Assembly (NCBI GenBank): GCA_002189035.1
Contig: NEEC01000010.1
Span: 124,001 to 188,000, forward strand
DNA from: Utricularia gibba
Taxonomy: Eukaryota > Plantae > Magnoliophyta
Length of the DNA stretch: 64,000 nucleotides
Direction of reading: 5' to 3'
Shown here: one piece after another, positions 1 through 12,899 of the stretch
How positions within the stretch are numbered: position 1 is the stretch's first letter
Layout: every line of letters begins with the position of its first letter
The notes under the pieces: model-generated
Told to the model about the DNA's origin: nothing
Databases searched by the model: none
What the model saw: the letters and a program-made list of their open reading frames with translations, nothing else
Made by a program: the position numbers and the translations under genes

Positions 1-4
1 GGTT

Positions 5-225
5 ACTTTTGCGCCTGCTATGCCATCTCGCTTTTCAGATATCGGTTGCCTGTTCTGCTGTAATTCGGCTGCTTTTCAGACTATGTTATATGGCCACCGC
101 TGTTAAATTTCTGACACATATTGATTTGTTGACTGGCGTTATTCTATCAGGGCTCCTTTTAGCAGCCTTTCAGAAGTCGATTATCCTCAACCGATTTATA
201 TCCCATCAAATACATAATAAGTTTG
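5..225. repeat. Diverged direct repeat, copy 1 (copy 2 at ~1650-1865); probably transposon-derived
   Basis: Shares collinear blocks with 1650-1865, e.g. 'ttttcagact', 'tctgaca(c/t)atat', 'ccgattta..cccatcaaa'. Confidence 0.55.
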
Positions 226-1649
226 AACAATGTCATAGTGTGAATATTGATGGACTAACCAACTTCATACTCATAGATCTAATAGAAAACTTTAATGAAA
301 CACTATTTAAATCTAAACAGAATTTTAAACACAAAATAACATGAAAGCCAACTTCTTCAAAGCTGCAACAATTACTCAATCATTTGTGTAATTATTCGAT
401 AAATTGTGTGCTAGTTAGTTTATATTAATAAGAGAGCTCTCAACAATAGAAATAAAATCTGATTTTCCACTATTTTCCTGCAAGCCTTATGGAAAAATTA
501 ACTCTATTAAATCATGATTCATTTGTGAATAAATGGAATTGTGTAGAAGACCGCGAACTAAAGTTATATCATATTGTTCTTAATTGGATATAACGACTTC
601 TAACGTAAAATTTTCCATCAAACCTTAAGAATCCTCCTATGCTCTCTCAATTATGCTTATTTTCAATGAATATCTCAAATTAACATATTAAATCTAGCAC
701 TACTATTAATATCTGAAACTAAGATTCTAGAATGCTCAATCAACCTTGAAATTTTATTGACATATGAATACTATATCTTATCCATTTAAAAACATCAGAA
801 ATCAACTTTATCACTAATTAAATAATTATCAAATTCATATGCAATATAGTAATAATGATAAATTCGTTTATATCATCGTCCATTTTTTTTGGAGAGGTTT
901 AAAAGTATAATATAAGCAATTAATAAGATATATAAAAATAAAAATTTTAATTTAAATAAGATATCAAGTAGATAAATCATATAAAATTACTTTAAAACTT
1001 AGGAGTTATATATGTCTAGCAACACCAACACAAAAAAGAGCTTTGAAAAAAAAATATATGTGTATATTATAACTAAATACCTATTCAAAATTGTGTTACA
1101 TAATTGAAAAATAGCTATAAGCAACTAACTTTTATTAAAAAAATGACATGAACAAAGATTAAACAATAATATAACATTCAATTTCAGTATAACATAAATG
1201 AAACATCATAAAAAGACAAATATAATCACTTACATGGATTTTGGGATGAAGAATTCAAGCGTCAATATTTTTGTTTGATTCACCAATGCGTCAAAATCCT
1301 AAAAATCAGACTTTGAATATGTTGTGGTTGAAAATCGGCGTAATGGCACTGACCGGTTTTCGATTATGGATGCTGCTGCACGAGTCGTGTCTAGTGGAGA
1401 TTTCAGTGTTTGTGTGGTGTGATCCAGTTAGTAGAAATGAAAGAAGACAAGGATTTTAACGTGAAAATCGTTGGAAAACGGAAAAACCAAGGAGCTATTC
1501 CACCGAAAAAATAACTTCACTAGATGGAAGTGAGGAAGCATGCAAGTTAGGAAGATGGGATTCGAATCCCTTCTCCTTTGGGGTTTCTGATATTTATTGG
1601 GGATATTGATCTGAATGAATTCTGAATTCTGCAAATGTCGACTTCTTTA

Positions 1650-1865
1650 TGCACCTGCTGTACGTATCATGATCTTGTCCTTTAGATAACCGCCATCTAC
1701 TCTGTAATTGCCATAATTTCACTACTTTTCAGACTGTCCAAAAGGGCCGTTGTAGCAAATCTCTGACATATATCGGTCTATTGATCTGCAACATTCCATC
1801 AGAGCACCTTTCGCTCACTTTTCAAAGGTCGATTACCTTCATCCGATTTATCCCCCATCAAAATA
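1650..1865. repeat. Diverged direct repeat, copy 2
   Basis: Collinear similarity to 5-225, seen by eye. Confidence 0.55.
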
Positions 1866-2769
1866 TTTTTTGAATCTCATTTATATTGAGTGCCATCTTC
1901 TTTTATTTAAAAGCACCATATTATTTTATTTATTTAAAAAATAATTCATTTTTTAAAAAATAAAACTCTTTAAAATTAAAACAACACCCAAATCATTAAA
2001 TCCAAAAAAAGTTAAGATAAAATGCAAATAAGAACTCATTTCTTGATAATTTACAACGTTTTTATAAACCAAGTTAAATAACAAATGAAATAAAAAAGTT
2101 TGGATATTTGTCCCATTTCACCTTATCAATAAGATATGCGGTATACTCCAATACATCCACCTTTACCAAAGTAATCATTGCCCTACACCATCACAACATT
2201 GTTCTGCATCAAGGTAAAGTTAATATATTTTAATAAGTTTACAAAATATTAAATTTTCATAATTATTTTTTTTTATAAATTTTATGATTATATAATTAAT
2301 TTCTAAAAGTATACAATATGCTTACAGTTAGTATCAGTTTTTCCAACGTCTTCTTACCCATGGATTTAATGGAATTAGGCAGCTGGATTATAATATACAT
2401 ATATATATATAATAATGTATTACTGAAAAATAAAATAGGAGAAACAATTTATGAGAGAGAGGGATATGATAGTCATGTATCGCATTGCTGTATATCGAAC
2501 CGATATACGGGTAGTTATATTAAAAACCCCCTCACCGGTGCAGCTGCCATTTAATTTAATGTGCATTGATTGGCGAGGATAGAAGTTGCTGTGTATTTTG
2601 TCGTCAAGCCAACCACTCCGTTGCCGTTGCCTTCAGAGACGGAGGTGCAACTTGGGCTCTGCAGACCAAGAGTTGGTTCGGAGTAGGAGAGGCAAACTTT
2701 ACAATGATCAAGTCCTAGTGTAGTTGGGTAGATTGCTCCTGTTTCCTGCTTCCTGCTTCCTGCCTAAGG

Positions 2770-4719
2770 ATGTCGGCGGCTGTGTTCGGTGTTCTTATCT
2801 TCATTTCTCAGATCTCAGCGGCCGCTTCGGATGGCTCTTCCTTGTTCTTCAATGAATTCAAATCAGGAGACCTAGTCCTCGATGGCGTGGCCCAGATCGA
2901 ACATCGTTTGCTCCGGCTGTCCAATGCCTCCAAGTTAGTCACGGGCCATGCCTTCTATCCAACCCCCTTCGTGTTCAAGGATTCTTCTGTGGTTTCCTTC
3001 TCAACCCAATTTGTGTTTCAAATAGAGCCAATCATCAGTGAAATCAGTGGCCAGGGGTTGGCTTTCGTGGTGGCGCCGACCAAGACTCTCTCTCCCTATG
3101 CCAGAGGTTACATTGGTCTCTTCAACGAGTCCAACAACGGCAACTCCTCAAACCACGTGTTTGCAATTGAGTTCGACACCATTGCCAACCCCGAGTTCAA
3201 CGAGACCGATGGAAACCATGTCGGCATTGATATCAACAGTATCAGATCCGTGATGGCAAAGCCTGCGGGGTACTACGATCCACGAACAGGGCAATTCCTG
3301 AGCTTGAATCTCAATTCTAGCCAGCCAATCCAGGCTTGGGTTGATTACAATGGAACCTCTCAAACAATCCAGGTCGCCATAGCTCCGGTGCCCTCCCAAA
3401 AACCGAAACTTCCTCTCCTTTCGCTCAGGTACGATCTTTCAACGGTCATAAATCGGCAGCACATGTATGTTGGTTTCTCTACTGCTCCTTTTATAACCTC
3501 CCATTACATATTGGGATGGAGCTTTGCCGTCAACGGCGAGGCAAGCCCTTTAAATCTATCCAAGCTTCCCAAGGTTGGTCCCCAGAAACCTTCAAAGTTC
3601 TTGGAATTTGGTTTGCCCGAGATTATTTTTGTTTCATTGCTCCTGGTCTGCTTGGGTTTAGCTTGTTACGCGAGGAGAAGGTGGAAGTTTTCTGAGGAGA
3701 TTGAAGGTTGGGAGCTAGACTACATATCCCATAGATTCAAATTCAAGGATTTGTACTCAGCCACCAAAGGTTTTACAGACACACGAGTATTAGGTGTAGG
3801 AGGATTTGGGAAAGTGTACAAGGGCGTAGTGCGTCGTACCAATACCGAAGTTGCGGTGAAGAGGATTTCTCACAATTCAAGACAAGGGATTAAAGAATTT
3901 GTGGCGGAAATTGTGAGCATTGGGAGGCTCCGCCACAGGAATCTTGTGCCACTACTGGGATATTGCCGGAGAAAGGGAGAACTTCTGTTGGTGTATGAAT
4001 ACATGCCCAATGGAAGTTTGGACGCCTACCTTCATGGTCAGTCCAGTCATAAGATGGATTGGGGACAAAGATTCCACATCATAAAAGGAGTAGCTTCGGG
4101 GCTGCTGTACTTGCACGAAGAGTGGGAGCAAGTTGTGATCCACAGAGACATAAAACCAAGCAACGTGCTACTGGATGGAAAGTGGAATGCAAGATTAGGT
4201 GATTTTGGCCTGGCCAGATTGCACGATCATGGAGCCGACCCTTCTACCACTAGAATTGTGGGTACTCTTGGATATCTTGCTCCCGAGCACACAAAAACCG
4301 GAAAGGCCACGACGAGCAGTGATGTGTATGGTTTTGGTGCCCTGTTGCTTGAGGTGGCAACGGGTAGGCGACCCATAGAACCCAACATGTCACTAATAGA
4401 CTGGGTGCTTTCTCTGTGGAGCAAAAATGAAATTATGGGTGCTGTAGATCCAAATCTAGAGGGTAATTTCTCCAAAGATGAAGTGGAGTTGGTGCTGAAA
4501 CTTGGATTACTATGTTCTCATATTCGTCCAGAGGTTCGTCCGACCATGAGAGATATCGTGATGTATTTGGAGGATCCATCCGCATTGCCTGAACTCCAGC
4601 TTTCTGGTCCCAAGGATTTTTGGTATCACGAAGGATTCGACTCATTCCTGTCATCATCGTCGATGGGGCCCTCCGGCGCCTTCTCCATATCAAGTTCGAT
4701 TATCGCCACTGGCCGTTGA
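2770..4719 (+). CDS. LECRK: L-type (legume) lectin-domain receptor-like kinase, intronless, 649 aa
   Basis: Signal peptide; legume lectin motifs (GHAFYP, SFSTQFVF, GQGLAF, AIEFDT, NHVGIDINS, MYVGFS, HYILGWSF); TM helix; kinase motifs GVGGFGKVY, VAVK, HRDIKPSNVLL, DFG and GTLGYLAPE all intact. Confidence 0.97.
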   Translation: MSAAVFGVLIFISQISAAASDGSSLFFNEFKSGDLVLDGVAQIEHRLLRLSNASKLVTGHAFYPTPFVFKDSSVVSFSTQFVFQIEPIISEISGQGLAFVVAPTKTLSPYARGYIGLFNESNNGNSSNHVFAIEFDTIANPEFNETDGNHVGIDINSIRSVMAKPAGYYDPRTGQFLSLNLNSSQPIQAWVDYNGTSQTIQVAIAPVPSQKPKLPLLSLRYDLSTVINRQHMYVGFSTAPFITSHYILGWSFAVNGEASPLNLSKLPKVGPQKPSKFLEFGLPEIIFVSLLLVCLGLACYARRRWKFSEEIEGWELDYISHRFKFKDLYSATKGFTDTRVLGVGGFGKVYKGVVRRTNTEVAVKRISHNSRQGIKEFVAEIVSIGRLRHRNLVPLLGYCRRKGELLLVYEYMPNGSLDAYLHGQSSHKMDWGQRFHIIKGVASGLLYLHEEWEQVVIHRDIKPSNVLLDGKWNARLGDFGLARLHDHGADPSTTRIVGTLGYLAPEHTKTGKATTSSDVYGFGALLLEVATGRRPIEPNMSLIDWVLSLWSKNEIMGAVDPNLEGNFSKDEVELVLKLGLLCSHIRPEVRPTMRDIVMYLEDPSALPELQLSGPKDFWYHEGFDSFLSSSSMGPSGAFSISSSIIATGR

Positions 4720-6490
4720 ATTGTATGACTGTTGTAATCAATTAATAATTGTATTTCAATTGTCCTTGTCTCTCTTAGGGATATTTATCTTCATTTGAAT
4801 AATATAAATGCAGGAATATAAACTATATTGATGTTTTGTTAATCTAAATTCAATGAACTGAGTTATACAAGATTTTAAAAGTGAAATATATGATTCTAGT
4901 AATTGTTATAAGGTATATTTTGATCATTTTTATAACATAAGTGATTTTACCAGCTAATTTTAGTATTAAATGATTTTAGATCATTTGTGTCAATTGAAAT
5001 GTATAAAATGTTATTTTGTATTAATAATTGAATGAAAATAATTCATATAATAAAGAAATACCACCCTTTAAATAATTTTTAGTTACTTAAGATATTTTAT
5101 AAATTGTACAATAATTTTAAATATATGTAATTATTTAATTTAAAAATAATTATATATTTATTGAATCAAAGTCGACCTTAACTATGACCAAGTGGTGTAA
5201 TAATAGAAAAATAAATATTAAAGCAAATGAAGAATAATAAATAGAAATAAATTATGAATTGTATATTTCTCTTTCCAAACATTTAAACTTGATTATACAA
5301 ATTAATTATATATTTCTCAATTAATATAAAATATAAATCAATACAATAATTTGTAAATATATATATGTTATTAACTTTATCAGCATCATACAAATAAATA
5401 CTTAGAATGTTTAATAATGTTAACTTAAATAAACAAACAAGAATTAATTTTTTGTTCAAGAAATTTAACTAAATGAATACTAACATGGATATTCATGTTG
5501 ATTCAATAGATATAAGAGGTAATATGTATGTGTTTGATAACACATATTTTTGAGTGTTTAAGAATAATAAAATAATTAATATTTTTCTATAAAACTCGAA
5601 TTTTATTGTGTATTTGTGTTTTTTGATTAGTGGTATTGTTGGTCTTTTATCCTAATTAGAATTGAATCCAGATTTAGTCTCAATCTTAGTTTTAGTTATT
5701 CTCTTCAATAATGCAACATGTTTTAGCAACTCAAAACCTAAGAAGCTGAAAGTGTACAGTAGAGATGGCAAAAAAATAGGGGAAAAAAGCTGAAAATAGA
5801 AGATACCAAATTTCAAGATAACAAAAAATGAATTTTGAACATGACGAGGAGTGAGAAAATATCTCTACAACTTTAAACAACCCAAAAACAATTTTGGAGA
5901 AGGGAGTAAGAAAGAAATCGTAGCAAAACCATCAAGGATAAAGAAAACGAATCCAAGATCCAAACTTACCTCTAAATTTTCCTTTGTTTATCAAGAACAC
6001 TATTCTTAGTCGGGAATAATTTCAGCTTTCCACGCGAACTATTTATGATTTCAGTTTCTATTTATGTTTCTTGTTGTTGCATTGTGACATAAACATGTTT
6101 TGACTACTATGCTATGAACTTGTTTCATTTTACTTCAGCATAAGTGGCTGAATACATGTAGGGCTCGTTTGGTAGAAGGTGTTATATGGCGTTGTGTTAA
6201 ATAACACATCATAATCAGTAGTTTGGTACATAGTGTTATATAACACTATGGATTACATATCCTAACAAATTTCTTATTTAACACATTATTTATAATGAAA
6301 CACAAACCCATCTACCACATGGGTTTATTAATCCCATGATAATAAAAGACAAAAACACCCTTTTATTTTATAAAAAAGTTTTTCCCTCCAATAATCATAT
6401 TTGTTCCCTCCATTTTTGTCAATGAATTAGGGTTAGTTCTTTTTATTGGGCTCACATATTTTCGTGTGTAGCTAAGCAGTTTGAAATCTG

Positions 6491-6849
6491 ATGGCACAGA
6501 ATGGAGGAAACAAAAGGAAAGAAAACATCGAGATCAGCAAGGGAAAATGACGTTTGTGGTCACTTTATGAAGAAAAATTATTGGTTCAAGCTATGAAGGA
6601 GATTATTTCTATCGGATGGAAATCTGAAAATGAGTTCAAATTAGGTTATTTGCAAGCCATTAAGATAATAATTCTTAGGCATATGCCAAATTCGAACTTG
6701 CGTGCAATACCCCATATTCAGTCAAAGATTCATGGCTGGAAATCAAGCTATACGGCTTTGTCCTGTGTGTTGGCAAAGTCAGGAATGGGTTGGAATGACT
6801 CCTCAAAGACCATAAAACATTAAATGAATTATGGAGGAAATGATTAAGG

Positions 6850-6880
<31 letters not shown>

Positions 6881-7491
6881 AAAACTTTCTATTATTTAAA
6901 CTAATTTTCATTGAGTTGAAGGCCATACCTAATGCAGAGAAAGTAAGAGACAAATCATTTCTTTATTATACTGATTGGGTTGAGATATTCGGCAAGGATC
7001 GGGCTATAGAATACATGGCTACTGACTTGTATTCTGCATCAACTAATATCTCTCAAGATTTGCATCTCGATGATAACTTTGATTCATTTGAAAATATGGA
7101 TGCTGAAGTGAATAAAGGAAAGACAAGATCATTTGAAAGCATGCATGATTTGGATACAAGTCCTGAGTCACATGCAGGAGAAAAGAAGAAAAGACGTCGT
7201 ATTAATCCAGCAGAAGATTTAATAACTATTATTGCAGATGCTGTCAAAAGTCAGGTAGCCCAAATTGAAAAACTTTCTACGAGGATAGGATATGAGCATG
7301 ATTTGGCTGCAAAGCAGATACAAGTAGTTACGACTTTAGAACAGATGTCTATTCATATGGACGTAATGCAGCGTGTTGAAGCGGCAAAACATATTTTTAC
7401 AGATCAACAAACTCTTCATATATTTTTAGGCCTCAAGGATAATGATAAAGAAGAGATGGTGAAGGGAATGCTGAAGAAGATTAATGTGTAG
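6491..7491 (+). pseudogene. PIF/Harbinger Myb/SANT-like DNA-binding protein (ORF1), disabled
   Basis: W..YEEKLLV...GWKSENEFKLGYL and KSFLYYTDWVEIFGKDRA motifs; in-frame TGA at 6548-6550 (codon 20); apparent frameshift near 6815; one intron (~6850-6920). Confidence 0.85.
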
Positions 7492-8100
7492 TTTTCATGT
7501 TATTTTGCTAGTTGAATTTTCATGTTGATGCTTCTTTCAGAATATTAGAAAAATATGCTTTTTCCCATTTTGTAGTGTTAAATTTAAAACACTATTTATG
7601 CTTATTTTGTATCTCTTAATAGTGAGCATGTATCATGTAGCATGTGTTTTGTTTTAAATTATTAATTATATTTAAATGTATTTATACATTGAATACGAAC
7701 ACCTTAATTGCCCTTAATGATTGAGATAATGATGTGAAGTCTAACCACCATCGTCATCTCTCATATTAATTATTTGTTTTGATGACTTAGCATTTGAAGT
7801 AGTGGATATAAATATAACACGTGAAAGTAGTGAGGTCTACGCACCATTATCACAACTCTTAGCCACAATTTATTGGCATCAGAATGACATCCATTTTAAA
7901 ACAGATTTAAGTAAATAATAATGAAGTGTAAAAAATTACAATATTTCATTATAACAAAGAAAAATATGGAATCAAGGCATCATTGTCAATACATAAATTA
8001 AGTTTACATAAACCACTTGAATCCATCATTCTTACATATCAAAATGACCTATTGATTCGTCAAAACAAGTTTCCAAAGATGATAAGACAATGATAAAGCT

Positions 8101-9444
8101 TCATCTCCTTGTTGACCACTCATTGTAGATTGTAATTGCTAATTGATCACATGAAGCTGCCCAAGTGACCGATGGATCAAGAGTCTCAATAAAATCATCA
8201 CCATCAACAAGACTCTCATAAGGATCATTCACGTCCACAGTCCTAATGAAATTGTGAATGAGAGCACAAGCCATGATTATAAGATTTAGCTTTTTTACCG
8301 GATAGAAACAAGCATCGCAAATAATTGCCCATCTCATCTTCATCAATCCCCAAGCTCGCTCAATGACATTTCTTGCTGTTGCATGTCTCATATTATAATA
8401 TTCCTTATAATTTTGTGGTGATACAGAACCAACTCCCCATTCTTTTAAATGGTATCGAACAAAGCGAAATGGTGTAAGAAATCCTTCACAATTCATGTAA
8501 CCATTGTCGCATAAATAATAATAACCTAAAATATCATGAAACAAATGATTAATTATGTATAAGAGTGTATTATTTTAAATATCAACAATCAATATGATTC
8601 TTGAAAACCATGTTCTCTTGTGAGAGCATCACGCAATACTCTTCCATCAGCTGCTGATCCTTCCCATCCCGATAAGATATATATAAAATTCATGTTTATA
8701 TCACATACACCTAAAACATTAACACACACAAAACCTTTACGACAATGATATCGGGCCTGCTCACTTGCATTGACTTTGGCTTGAATATAAGTTCCATCCA
8801 AAGCTCCCAAACAACCCTGTACAAATTCAAAAGCATGAAGAAATAATAAAACATAGTTGTTATATTATGAATTCTTAGCAACTACCATACCTTAAAATAT
8901 TTCCATGGTCCATCAGTAGTATTTTCATTGATTGATTGAGGCTTTGCAATAAGTAACGGATGCAATTTAATAATCGTTTGAAGTACCTCATGAAAATAAT
9001 AATGGATGGTTCATTTAGATCTCTTAAAATCATGCGATTGTATACGCACTTTTTTATGGTGAGCTAAAACTCTCAAAAAAATTGCAACTTTTTCAGATAA
9101 GCTAACATGCTTAGAATTATTCAATCCACCAACATCATGCAAAAGTGTGCATAATCTTCCAAAAGCATTTCTTGTCATTCTTAAATTGTCCAAGCAAGCA
9201 AGATCACTGATGCAAATCATTTCTCGAAGATGCATAATTTGTCCGCAAAGTCTTCCAATCATTGAATATTTTCGTTTTTAGGTCTTTTCCCATAATACAA
9301 ATCAAGTATAGCCGCAAATAACAACAACGGGGTAAGATGAATTTTGTGCAAAATCAACATCACTGCAAGATTTGATTTTGATATCATCCTAATTATAAAA
9401 AAAAAAATTACTGCACGAGATGGTCGAAATATGAAATAGAGCAA
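8101..9444 (-). pseudogene. PIF/Harbinger DDE transposase (HARBI1-like), disabled
   Basis: LRMTRNAF, GCLGALDGTYI, LSGWEGSAADGRVL, YYLCDNGY, RHATARNVIERAWGLMKMRW and ACALIHNF motifs; frame change near 9260 and stop at 9011-9013; introns present. Confidence 0.9.
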
Positions 9445-10335
9445 TCAACATACATTAACTTAATCTAAGCATACCTATCAAAATCCTCAGAACGGTAGAA
9501 AGTTTGTAAACACTCCCTGCCCTAATTTGTTGCCCCCTCTTTCTCTCTCTTGCGTGAGTTGAAGGTCACACTCTTTTATATTAAATATATATATTAAAAT
9601 ATGGGCATTTTAGTAAAATCATATATAACCCAAATTATAAAACTTCTAACTAAACACATGTTAAATAATACTATGTTATTTAAAACTTTCTACCAAACTA
9701 CATTGATGTTTTTAAGTCACTTATTTTAGTATAAAATAATCTCATTATATTTAAGACCGTGTAAACTAAAATATGCTACCAAACGAGCCCGTAATGTCTT
9801 GAGGAAGAAGATGGTGTGCATGATTATTACTTTTTAGACTACATTAGCTTGATAATCAGACCATTTCTTTATCAAACTAGAGTAGATCCAGAAGGAAGAA
9901 TTGGTTATGTTTATCATAAACAACCTAACTAAAAGTAGACCAAAAGTTAGGAAAATTAAGGGTTTGAATAGACTTGAATCATTGTATTGTAGATGAATAA
10001 TTATCAAGTTGGGTGATTAAGTGTAGTAATTATCATGTCACTTCTAGAAGCCTCAAGTCATTGTATTACCTTATTCTAGTTAGTAGTCGAATCAGTTTAT
10101 CATTTCTTACTACATTTTATCATAAACCTGGCTTACACTTAGGTTAGACTAAATCTCTTATCCTTGACACAAATTGAATGCATTGACTTCACATAGCAAG
10201 CATCTACACTTCGTGTTTGACCTTAATCACTATGCTCATATTTGTTGTATGATTGGATGTGAAGTATGATTATAAATTTATTTGATAGAAAAAATTGTAT
10301 ATTCACAAGTGTGCTAAATTTTTCATTTATCACAT

Positions 10336-10353
10336 TGGAGCCGTTGCTGGGGA
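10336..10353 (+). promoter_or_regulatory. Primer-binding site (tRNA-Asp type) of Athila element A
   Basis: TGGAGCCGTTGCTGGGGA vs canonical TGGCGCCGTTGCCGGGGA (2 mismatches), 3 nt after the LTR end. Confidence 0.85.
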
Positions 10354-12899
10354 GCGGTGTTTGGTTATTGTGTGTTTCAGTTGATGCATTTGCATTCTTC
10401 AGGTGCAGATAATCTTGTTTTCTATCCTGAAATCGAGAGAACTGTCAATAAGAACCACACAAGAGTGAGAGAAGTAGCAAGGTTGAGAAGACTCCTTATT
10501 GCAACTCAAGCTAATTTCATCATGGCAGAATAGAAGAAGACCTTGAATGAGTTTGACGCAGCTGACCATGCATAAAGGGGGTTTTACATCAAGTTTTCCG
10601 ATGATACAACCTATGAATTGAAGCCTACGATGATCAACTTTTTGCCTAAGTATTATGGAAAGGTGAGAGAAAACTCACACAAACATCTGGATAATGTCAC
10701 TGCTATTTGCATCTCCTTATAAGAGTGCTGGGATCAGTGGGGATGCCATCTGTTTGAGGGCATTCCAATTTATGTTAGAGGGAAATGCAAAAATGTGGTT
10801 CAACTCATTGAAGCTTGGAAGCATCATAGATTGGTCAGGGATGAAGGTGTCTCTCAGCAAGTATTTTCCTGCTTCCAAGGCTGAAGGGATATGAAAAGAG
10901 ATTCTTAATATTGAGCAATCAAGTGAAGAATCTCTATATGAATATTGGGAGCAATTTAATCAATTGTTCGAATCTTATCATCACCATGGTTTTTAATCTA
11001 CTTCCTTGGTGAAGTATTTTTATGATGGATTGTTATATTATGATAGAATAATAGTGGATTTAGCAACTGGAGGATTTTTGAGAAAAAAGACTCTTACGAA
11101 AGTTCTTGCATTACTTGAGGAGTTGGTTGAGCACTCCAAACATATTAACAAGAAAATGGATTCGAACAAATGGATTCGAACATAAGAGTTTATGAGGTGA
11201 ATTGCAAGCCAAAACCACCATAAAGTGAGCTCACAAAAAATGTTGCTATGATGTTTGAGATGATGAATAAGCTACTTTTATTCCAAGCAAAGAATATGGC
11301 ATGCAGGAACTATCACAGACTTGGACATCTTGCTAATAAATATCCAGAGTTGTTTCAAGAGGAGCACATCAAGGCTATGGAGGATTCCGAGGTTCAACTT
11401 AAGGGAGAATATGACCCATATTTGAACACTTACAATCCAGGTTGGAGGAGTCACCCAAACTTTTTTTTTGACAACAATGAAAATATGTACAAGGGAGAAA
11501 GTTCAAGCATGGGGCAACAAAATTTCTAACGGTATTTTGAAGAGCAGCAAAAACATTCATTTCAGGCTCCACCATTTCAAAAACAAGTCATACAATCTCA
11601 GTATCAAAACAATGCTGGAGGAAATTCTAGGAATTATTTAGAAGAAATGTTGAAAATGTTTATGGTGCAATCAACCAAAAATGAATTGGAGAATTGGCAA
11701 GCCATCAAAAATTTGAAGACTCAATTGACTCAATTGACACATGAGCTTGGAGAATTAAAGAAGAAAGTAGAACCAATAGTGTCATATTCAAATTCTGATG
11801 GATCATTGAATTGTAGTGCTATAACATTGAGGAGTATAAAGGAGAATGCAGACAGGAATCTAGTCCAATTTAGGACTAAGACATATGAGAAGCAAGAATT
11901 TCGTGTTGCAGTTGAAAACAAGAAAGAAGTGATGGTTCATCGAGAACTTACTAAAATGAAGATCATTGAACCTCCATTTCATAAAAAAGTGAAGACAAGA
12001 GAAGAGCAAGACAAAAAAGAGAAGATTTTGAAAATTTTGACAATACTCAACTTAATTTAAATATTTTGAACTACATTTCCATGGTACCATGAAGTATAAA
12101 ATATTTGAAGCACCTTTGCATGTCCAAGCTCAAGATGATGGAAAAAAGAAAGGTATTTTTAAGTGAAAGTTGTTCAACATTACTCACCTGAAAGCTTCTA
12201 TAAAAATGCAAGGATCCGGATACATTTTTTATTCCTTGCAAGATTGGAGATTTGAATATCATGAGATGGCTGATTTAGGAGTTGTTGTTAATGTCATATT
12301 CAGTTTATAAAGCTATTAAATTGGGACCTTTGCAAGCTTCTGGAGTACACATTGAATTAGCAAATCAAAGTATAATTTCTCCCAAAGAATTGGTAGAACA
12401 TGTCCTAATTCGAATTGAAAATCTAATATTTACAGCTGATTTTTATGTGGTCAATATATCTGTTGGAAGATCAAAGGATACTACAATAATTTTGGAAAGA
12501 TCATTTTTTAACACACCCAATATTGTTATCAATGTGAAATGAGGACAATTGAGTTGTCTCTTGATAAAGAGAGGATTTTACTTCAGACAAAAGATGTGGC
12601 AGAATATCCTAGTGATTTTGAAGATATTTGTTCCATGGATATCCTTATAAACCAAATTATAGATGTGAGATTTAAGAACAAGGATTAGAATAGAAGGAAA
12701 AAAAAAGTAAATAGAGAAAAATCATACATACAACCATGACCAATTGAAAAGTGCCATTTGTTTTAGTAAACTCATGACAACAAAAATAAAACATGCAGCA
12801 TGGTCTTTCAGAGCGCCACATGTTTTAATATGGTATTAACATGTGTTTCATGTAGTATAAGAAAGTGGCATGTGTTTTAATTGTGGTAACATGTCTCGT

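Larger units (their letters stand above)
6161..9790. mobile_element. PIF/Harbinger DNA transposon, 3630 bp, full length, nested in the LTR of Athila element A
   Basis: Perfect 15-bp TIRs GGGCTCGTTTGGTAG (6161-6175) / CTACCAAACGAGCCC (9776-9790); 3-bp TSD GTA (6158-6160, 9791-9793); contains a Myb/SANT gene and a DDE transposase gene. Confidence 0.95.
5535..12700 (+). mobile_element. Truncated Athila-like Ty3/gypsy element A: 5' LTR 5535-10332 (interrupted by PIF), PBS, decayed gag and protease, no RT/INT seen
   Basis: LTR starts TGATAAC (5535) and ends TTTATCA (10332). tRNA-Asp-type PBS follows. Fragmented gag (ICLRAFQFMLEGNAKMWFNSL; YDPYLNTYNPGWRSHPNF) and protease region (LGPLQASGVHIELAN, ADFYVVNI) are homologous to 37862-39790. 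Confidence 0.85.

Noticed and set aside
3038-4693. Alternative-frame and antisense ORFs inside the LecRK CDS
   Set aside because: They are short shadows of a GC-richer coding region, with no recognisable motifs.
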